From the IMG/VR virus record IMGVR_UViG_3300011113_000581, positions 1-64,000 of that record: a stretch of DNA of 64,000 nucleotides. One strand, 5' to 3'. The DNA is from a virus. Position numbers and translations under genes: made by a program. Every line of letters starts with the position of its first letter. Within the stretch, counting starts at the first letter, position 1. This document shows positions 57,527-64,000 of the stretch, one piece after another. Under the pieces are notes generated by a model, which was not told the origin of the DNA, made no database searches, and saw only the letters and a list, made by a program, of their open reading frames with translations.

Positions 57527-57628
57527 TTCACATATTTACTTCTGTATTTACATAATATACCGTACGTACATTCCAGATTTCTAAACAATAGAATGTAAAA
57601 AGATTAAAAGCTGGTTTAAAAGTAATAA

Positions 57629-60600
57629 ATGGCGCTCTCTCAAGCTGATTTTTACGCTTATAGCCGTGCCACTGGTGCCCCAGTCCCCGAAGATCCCAGG
57701 GAACGGGCTGAAATGGCGCCTGAAGTACTTGCATTTCGCCGTAATCAGCTTAAAGCTCCTGAACAACAGGGTCCAGACCCCCTTTCTGTAGGTATTGGGG
57801 TAGGTTTGGCTCTTGCGGGAGCTGGTGGAGCCTTATTTGGCGCACGTCGTTTGATGCGTGGGAAAACTGTTGTTCCATCTCAAGCAGAATTTGATAGAGC
57901 AAAAGCTGCAACAGAAGAAAGAGTAAAAAGAGCAGCACCAACTACTACTGGTCCGGTTGGAAATGTACTTCGTGATTTGTCGTCTGTTTCCGCTCCACCT
58001 CCTTCTCGAATTGCCACTGCAGATACTCCAGTTAGTCGCCAGCAAGTTCCTTCTGGACAATTTAGTAATGTACCAACACGTGCAAATCAGCCCGGTTCTT
58101 TTAAAGATTTAACAGATATTCAAAGTGAAATTACGGCAGAAGCAAAAACAGATGACTTTTTAAATGCTTATTTAAAAGAACAACAGGAAGAACAGCAGGC
58201 AATTGATAAAGAAAACCGTTTTCAATCACGTATTGTTCAAGGTATCGAAAGCAAAGAAAAAGCTTTAGCTAAAAATATTCTTGCTGATTTGCGTCGAGAA
58301 GAACAAGAAGCTAAACAATTTACACCACGTTCTTATATTGAAGAAACAGGTGCTGTTGAAGCGCGTCCAACAACTACTCCATCAGCCTGGGACGATACAG
58401 AAGATTATCCTGAATTTGTTATTCCTGAAGGATCTAAACCTCCGTTAAGGTCTTCTGATCCTTCTAAGTTTTCTTTATCAAGTCTTGGTCAAGATCCCTG
58501 GTCGGATTTAACAGGTAAACAGCAAAATCAACAAAGTTCTGTTGTGCGTCAACAACAAGAAGCTGTTGACACAGGCTTAGATCAAACAATTCAAAATCTT
58601 AATTCTATTTCTCAACGTGACGTAGCCTCTGTTAAAGCAGGTGGATTTGTTTCTGCATCTGAAAGCCCTGCCAACCCTACACTAACTAGCTTAACAGTTA
58701 ATCCAAATGAATCTGTTGTTGCTCAATTAAACAAACGAAAAGCATTACGCCAACAAGTTTTAAATCAAACACGCACTTCTTTAGATCTTGAAGCAGGAGA
58801 TGCACCTCTTCCTGAAGGATTTGAGTTTCAAACAACTCAAGCTGAAGGACTTCAAGTTGATCCTGGGGCGGTAGGAAAATTAGCTGAACAAAAACTTGAA
58901 GAAGCTAAACAACGACGTCAAACTCCTCCTCCTGCTCCTATTTCTGAAAGTTATCGCCAAGCTTTATTTGATGATAAAGGTTTATTAAAGCCAGAAATTA
59001 TTGCTTTACATTTAGGAGATGAAAATGTATTTCCTGGTGCACTTGGGCAGGAGTTACGTGATTCTCTTACTACTGTTTCAACAATAGAAGCTAGAAAAAC
59101 AGGTAAGTTAGATAAAATTGTTATTGCAAATCCAGGTGCACATTTAAGAGCTACTCAACATGTTCGTAATAATTTGTTAGCGCAAGATAACGCTAATACC
59201 ATTAAAGAGTATTTGATTTCTGGTGGTGAACTTCAAACACCACGTACTAAAGGATTTGGCTATACAGGTACTCGTTCTATGAATACTGAAGTAGTCACAA
59301 TTACAAATAATCAAGGACAACAAAAAATTCTTGTGTCAGGTCCAAAAGCAGCGGCTCGTTATGATCGCAGTGACTTAGAACCTATTTATTATGATCCTGC
59401 AACTAAATCGTATGTACGTAAATCAGATATTGGCGCCACTCAGTCGGTAGAAGGAGAGGCTGGTAGTGGTATTGGTGAAGAGATAGGCCAGGCTATTGGA
59501 TTTGTCCCAAGAGAGCAAGTTGAAAAATTTACCACGCTTCCTGGCACATCGGCATCAGGTAAATATTTAGGAGAAGATCAACCTAAAACCACGTGGTCTG
59601 ATGACTTATTTGAAAATGCAATTAATGAAGAATTAGAAATACAAAATAAAAAACAAGGCGTAGACTATGCTATTGGTGGTGTTAAAGAATTTGGAAGTGG
59701 TAAAGAATCTACCAGTTTAGAAATACAGCCTCGTCCGTTGTTCAATACTCATTACGAAGCTCTTGATGCTAATAAAATTAAAATTACTAACAATGGTAAT
59801 GCATATTTAAAAGTTGACAAGTTAACCTTATTGGCTAACCCTGGTACAGAAAGGTACATTGATCCTCAATATGGAACTCTATTTGTAAATCCTTATACAG
59901 GCCGTCAATTTTCAAGTCCTCAAGAAGCAACAGACACGTATAATCGTTTAACTAACAATTTAAATGTAAAACTAATTGAACGCGCTGAAAAACGAATCAG
60001 TGGTTTAGAGCGTGGTGAAAATTTAAATCTTGAATTAAGTAAGAGTAAAACAGGTCAAAAAAATGTTGTTACTCGATTAAATCCAAATCTTGTTGTTGAA
60101 CAAGTTGTAACACGAGGTCCATCTGGTGAAACAAAAACCAGTAACGTAACTCTTTCTCAGGCTTTACGCAATGAACTTTTAAATGAAGGGTTGCTTCAAG
60201 AACATCGTATTATTAATGAGGATGGATCTGAAGGTGCTCGTTTCTTCAAGCAAACACGATATCAAGTTCCCCAAGATCGCACATATACTGATAAAACTAC
60301 AGGACAACAGAAAGCTTCAGTTCTTAGTTTTAAAGATGCCAATTTACCACCAGTTGATGTTAATAAAAGTGATGAAATTCTTTCGGCAAAAAACAATTAT
60401 TTATTCTTGCAAGGCGTAAATAATGCTCTTGAAAAAATTACGGGGCAACGCGTTAAAGTTATTGACCAAGCAATTACTTTAGGTCAAGATCCAGAAGTAG
60501 AGTTCCTTGGTGGCCCTGGAAAAAACCCTATACTTCGTGAAGCCTTAACGGTTGCAAATACCTTGGCTAATACTTCAGAAACTTCTCGCATCCGCATGCA

Positions 60601-61300
60601 AGAGCCTGGAGTTGATGCTGGGCTTGGAGAACGTTATGGATTAGGTGCACAAGAATCGCGTAGAGCACAGCCGAGTGTACCAAGCAGGGTACAGTCTGTT
60701 GAGTTTCCTGTTGCAAAAGTTGTAACTAGTACAATAAAAGATCCAGTTACAGAAGAACTTGAAGAAGTAAGTTCATTTATTTCAACAGGACAAACAAAAT
60801 CTGTTTCTAACGCTCCCGAAACAATTGGTGCTAAACGTTTAGTTAGTGCACTTAACGATTACAAACAAAGAACAGGTAAAGCTTTAAATAAAGCAAATGT
60901 TTTGCAATTTGCTTCAAGCATTGCTCAACAAGAACAAGCTGATGTTGACGAATTGTTAATACAAGCTTCAATTCTTGCTAAAGGTTCTGGTAAACAAGCA
61001 ACTGTTGGTAGGCAAATGAAGCAAGGGCGTCAAGCCCTTGGTTTAATGGATGTAATTTCTCCTGAAGAAGAAATTGCTCAAACAGTTTTAGAATATGATT
61101 TTGGCGAGACTGTTGGATCAGATTTAGCAGAAGCTTTAGCTGCCACTGAGTCTCAGTCGCCTAGGGCTACAATGACAGAAGCACAACAAAGACGAGCGCA
61201 AGTTGAACCTCCAGGTTTAAGTGCTGAAACTTTAGGTAATGTAATGGAACAATTAAGAGCACAAGCAAGTCGCCGCTCTGGTAAGCGCAGGAGTCGTTAA
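57629..61300 (+). CDS. Very large hypothetical protein, possibly internal virion protein
   Basis: 1223 aa, Q/E/T/P-rich, one N-terminal hydrophobic Gly/Ala segment. Confidence 0.7.
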   Translation: MALSQADFYAYSRATGAPVPEDPRERAEMAPEVLAFRRNQLKAPEQQGPDPLSVGIGVGLALAGAGGALFGARRLMRGKTVVPSQAEFDRAKAATEERVKRAAPTTTGPVGNVLRDLSSVSAPPPSRIATADTPVSRQQVPSGQFSNVPTRANQPGSFKDLTDIQSEITAEAKTDDFLNAYLKEQQEEQQAIDKENRFQSRIVQGIESKEKALAKNILADLRREEQEAKQFTPRSYIEETGAVEARPTTTPSAWDDTEDYPEFVIPEGSKPPLRSSDPSKFSLSSLGQDPWSDLTGKQQNQQSSVVRQQQEAVDTGLDQTIQNLNSISQRDVASVKAGGFVSASESPANPTLTSLTVNPNESVVAQLNKRKALRQQVLNQTRTSLDLEAGDAPLPEGFEFQTTQAEGLQVDPGAVGKLAEQKLEEAKQRRQTPPPAPISESYRQALFDDKGLLKPEIIALHLGDENVFPGALGQELRDSLTTVSTIEARKTGKLDKIVIANPGAHLRATQHVRNNLLAQDNANTIKEYLISGGELQTPRTKGFGYTGTRSMNTEVVTITNNQGQQKILVSGPKAAARYDRSDLEPIYYDPATKSYVRKSDIGATQSVEGEAGSGIGEEIGQAIGFVPREQVEKFTTLPGTSASGKYLGEDQPKTTWSDDLFENAINEELEIQNKKQGVDYAIGGVKEFGSGKESTSLEIQPRPLFNTHYEALDANKIKITNNGNAYLKVDKLTLLANPGTERYIDPQYGTLFVNPYTGRQFSSPQEATDTYNRLTNNLNVKLIERAEKRISGLERGENLNLELSKSKTGQKNVVTRLNPNLVVEQVVTRGPSGETKTSNVTLSQALRNELLNEGLLQEHRIINEDGSEGARFFKQTRYQVPQDRTYTDKTTGQQKASVLSFKDANLPPVDVNKSDEILSAKNNYLFLQGVNNALEKITGQRVKVIDQAITLGQDPEVEFLGGPGKNPILREALTVANTLANTSETSRIRMQEPGVDAGLGERYGLGAQESRRAQPSVPSRVQSVEFPVAKVVTSTIKDPVTEELEEVSSFISTGQTKSVSNAPETIGAKRLVSALNDYKQRTGKALNKANVLQFASSIAQQEQADVDELLIQASILAKGSGKQATVGRQMKQGRQALGLMDVISPEEEIAQTVLEYDFGETVGSDLAEALAATESQSPRATMTEAQQRRAQVEPPGLSAETLGNVMEQLRAQASRRSGKRRSR

Positions 61301-61302
61301 TT

Positions 61303-61524
61303 ATGACCGAAGAAAAAAAGAAAAAAGAAAAGAAGTGGATTCAAGGGATGGAGATGAAGGAGGGTGCCTTCACTGCCAAAGCTAAAAAGAAAGGTATTAC
61401 TTCTGCTCAGCTCCAGGAGAATGTCCTTTCTAATCCTGAGAAGTATGATGAACGCACAGTAAAACAAGCACGCTTGCGTAAAACTCTTGTAGGATTACAC
61501 GGTAAAAAGAAAAATAAAGAATGA
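61303..61524 (+). CDS. Small basic phage protein
   Basis: KWIQ...KEGAFT...KQARLRKTL. Confidence 0.65.
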   Translation: MTEEKKKKEKKWIQGMEMKEGAFTAKAKKKGITSAQLQENVLSNPEKYDERTVKQARLRKTLVGLHGKKKNKE

Positions 61525-62168
61525 AAGATGCACGCCTGGAATTAGGTCGATATATTTCTAATCCTTTTGATAAAAAAGGAAGACGTATACCGTCTCAGTT
61601 AAGTTTTCGTGAATTATTTAGTAATCAATATGCTATTGAACACGGTGGTTCCCCCTGGGTACCATCTCGATATACTTTTGAAGATTTAACTAAAGCTATT
61701 CAAAACCGTAAAATAACTCATAACCCACGTCTTAATTACGTACCTAATTCTCCTTTCTGGGATGACAACAATGAGTTGCCTCCTGAAAAGTATGAGATGT
61801 TTGAGGGCCTGGGACGGTTTAAAAGAGAAGATTATAACTTTGATGAGGGTCGCGCTTTAACACGTGTCCGCCCAGAAGATCAACCAGATTTTGATCCTAG
61901 TTGGGTGGAAGCATATAAGTTAAGTCCTACGGTGCGTCCCGATAAGCGTGCTAAAAATCCTATGCCGCGTACCAGGAATCCAGATCCAAACGGGTTTATT
62001 ATGCAAATGGCAGAAAATCGTGCAGAAAATGAATTTAAAGATAATGTATCTGTTGCACAACTTCTTGCGGATAAAAAATTAAACCCGACAGAAGAGCGTG
62101 TTGGTCAAGAAAAAATTACGGAAGAAGAACAGAACATTTCGCCAGGCAAGACGATTACAACAACGTAA
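61521..62168 (+). CDS. Hypothetical protein
   Basis: 215-aa coupled ORF. Confidence 0.65.
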   Translation: MKDARLELGRYISNPFDKKGRRIPSQLSFRELFSNQYAIEHGGSPWVPSRYTFEDLTKAIQNRKITHNPRLNYVPNSPFWDDNNELPPEKYEMFEGLGRFKREDYNFDEGRALTRVRPEDQPDFDPSWVEAYKLSPTVRPDKRAKNPMPRTRNPDPNGFIMQMAENRAENEFKDNVSVAQLLADKKLNPTEERVGQEKITEEEQNISPGKTITTT

Positions 62169-62198
62169 AATAAATAAAGAATTATAAGTTAGATATTT

Positions 62199-62807
62199 GT
62201 GGCTAACCCGCAAGCTATGAAAGGGTTACTTGGTTTTTTAGCAAAACCAAGTTCTGTTGCGGCAGCTAAAGCAGCTCTCCCTGGTGCGGGACTGAACGCG
62301 CTTATGGGCATGGTGACAGACGGTCCCATGGGGGCGCTTGCATATGGCTTGGGTGACTTTGCTTTGAATTACCCGGCCATTCGTGGCGCACGTCGAGTGT
62401 TCCCTGGTAGAGAAGTAGAAATTAAAAATTTAAAAACCGGAGAAATTGCTAAAGATTATCAACCTTCTTTTGGAGAAAATGCAATTAACTTTGGAGCTTC
62501 TATTGGTTCTAACTATGCAATTTCTAGTTTGATGCCACCGAGGGCACCTTCTGTTCAACCTGATGCTCAACAATTTTTAGCGCAACAAGCTCAACAAGTT
62601 GTTCCTCAAGTTGAATCACAAGTTGCTCAAAACGCTCAACAACTGGCTCAACGTTCTTATGTTAATGAACTACCTCAGGGGCAGTTAAATTTATCTCCTA
62701 ATACCATGTATCAAATGCAAGGTATTGAACATACAGCTTTTCATTATCCAGGTGTAACTCTTCCTCCTGAATTACTTGCACAGTTGAAGGAACAGGGGAT
62801 TATGTAA
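62199..62807 (+). CDS. Hypothetical protein, possibly virion/ejection protein
   Basis: Gly/Ala hydrophobic N-half, Gln-rich C-half. Confidence 0.6.
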   Translation: MANPQAMKGLLGFLAKPSSVAAAKAALPGAGLNALMGMVTDGPMGALAYGLGDFALNYPAIRGARRVFPGREVEIKNLKTGEIAKDYQPSFGENAINFGASIGSNYAISSLMPPRAPSVQPDAQQFLAQQAQQVVPQVESQVAQNAQQLAQRSYVNELPQGQLNLSPNTMYQMQGIEHTAFHYPGVTLPPELLAQLKEQGIM

Positions 62808-62809
62808 CT

Positions 62810-63772
62810 ATGGCTCAACAATATCGTGGTTTTGGTGGTGGTGTTGAAGCTGCTAAACAATCTTTAAAACAATTAGGAACAGGTAAGTCTTATCGTCCAA
62901 AACGTAATATTTTTTACGATCCAGAATTTCGTAAAGATATTAAAGAAGCTGGTATTACAAGGGAAACACCTTTGGCTTTTCTTGGTGCATATGCAACAAG
63001 ACTAGGTGCTGATTTAACTACGGATGAATCACGTTCTTTGTATTGGCAATTTAGCCATCCGCTTGAGATGGCTGATCAAGCAATGCGTAAAATAGTTGAT
63101 CCAAATAAACAGCTTGGTTATGGACGAGGTTTAATTGCGTTAACTGCAGTTGCTCCAGCAGTTGCTCTTACCGGTGCATACAATCCATTAAACATTGGTG
63201 AGTTAGGCAGACCTACCGGATACAAGCAAAACGTTCCCGATTCAGAAGATCCTACAAAAACAGCCGAGCCTGGCACTGAACTATTTCAACGTTTTTTCCA
63301 GGGGAGAACAGGTCGTCCTTTGGCTTTTGAAAAAGCTCGAGAAGAGATTCCTGATCTCACAAAGCAACGGTATGCAAACTATATGAATTTTCTTTATAAC
63401 GATCCAGGTCCTATTGGTAAGGCAACCATGGGTATTGTTAAGGTCACACCAGAGAACCTTCAGGGAGATCCAGAGGCTCGTATTCTCGGTTACCCAGTCA
63501 GTATCCCTTCTGTTACTGCGTTAGCTGGTGGTCTTGCTGGTGCACGCATGGGAGTCCTTTCTTCTCCTACTGTTCAGACAACTATTCAACCAAGCTTACT
63601 TAAGGGTGAAAAAACAATTACTACTCGAACAATGGGAAGAAAAACCCCAGCTATTGTACGTGGCTTAGCAGGTGGAGCACTTGGTTCCGCCGCTGGTGCA
63701 ATTGCAGGTGTTCTTGCCAACCAAGCCATTGCTGCCGCTGGTAATACACAAGATAAACTACCAATGCAATAA
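62810..63772 (+). CDS. Hypothetical protein, possibly virion/ejection protein
   Basis: Glycine-zipper segments GGLAGA and GGALGSAAGAIAG. Confidence 0.65.
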   Translation: MAQQYRGFGGGVEAAKQSLKQLGTGKSYRPKRNIFYDPEFRKDIKEAGITRETPLAFLGAYATRLGADLTTDESRSLYWQFSHPLEMADQAMRKIVDPNKQLGYGRGLIALTAVAPAVALTGAYNPLNIGELGRPTGYKQNVPDSEDPTKTAEPGTELFQRFFQGRTGRPLAFEKAREEIPDLTKQRYANYMNFLYNDPGPIGKATMGIVKVTPENLQGDPEARILGYPVSIPSVTALAGGLAGARMGVLSSPTVQTTIQPSLLKGEKTITTRTMGRKTPAIVRGLAGGALGSAAGAIAGVLANQAIAAAGNTQDKLPMQ

Positions 63773-64000
63773 ATGTTGCTTCTGGTAGAATTTAAACATC
63801 TCAAGAAATATTATTAATATGGACGACGGGTCCTCTTTTGGAAGTTTAAGAAATCTTATAGCATCGCGTGAACGCGGTGGCTTAGGTGTGGATCCACGTT
63901 TAGTGCGTGCTTTGGGTCCAGAAAGGGCAGCACGATTTCAACAGGGCGTTGAAAATATAGGTCCACAAGCAGAAGCAATACGTAAAGGATATATGAAGCA

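Overview
The window is 64 kb of a lytic dsDNA tailed phage, most likely a cyanophage of a Synechococcus/Cyanobium-like host. Support for this comes from an NblA-like gene, SpeD, Dps, a T7-like PolA and many small hypothetical ORFs; the host call is inference. Layout: (i) 1-18.5 kb, mixed late region with lysozyme, dCTP deaminase, a degenerate adenine methyltransferase, tail fibres, endolysin and holin; (ii) 18.5-18.9 kb, a long imperfect inverted repeat (candidate origin); (iii) 19-30 kb, primase-helicase, exonuclease, SpeD and a sugar module (Gmd, ColD-type dehydratase, glycosyltransferases); (iv) 30.8-32.3 kb, a structured ncRNA locus and two aberrant tRNA-like elements flanking a protein kinase; (v) 33-57 kb, an almost entirely minus-strand early/middle arm with PolA, SSB, Gp157-like, GP88-like, PcfJ-like, tRNA-Leu and many small ORFs; (vi) 57.6-64 kb, plus-strand large putative virion proteins. 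The most notable unannotated signal is at least 15 short RNA structures from three families in the cistron junctions of the early arm, each with compensatory base changes: seven compact H-type pseudoknots, four internal-loop hairpins and four 12-bp tRNA-elbow mimics that begin on the upstream stop codon. All structures and family calls were made by eye; no search or folding program was run.
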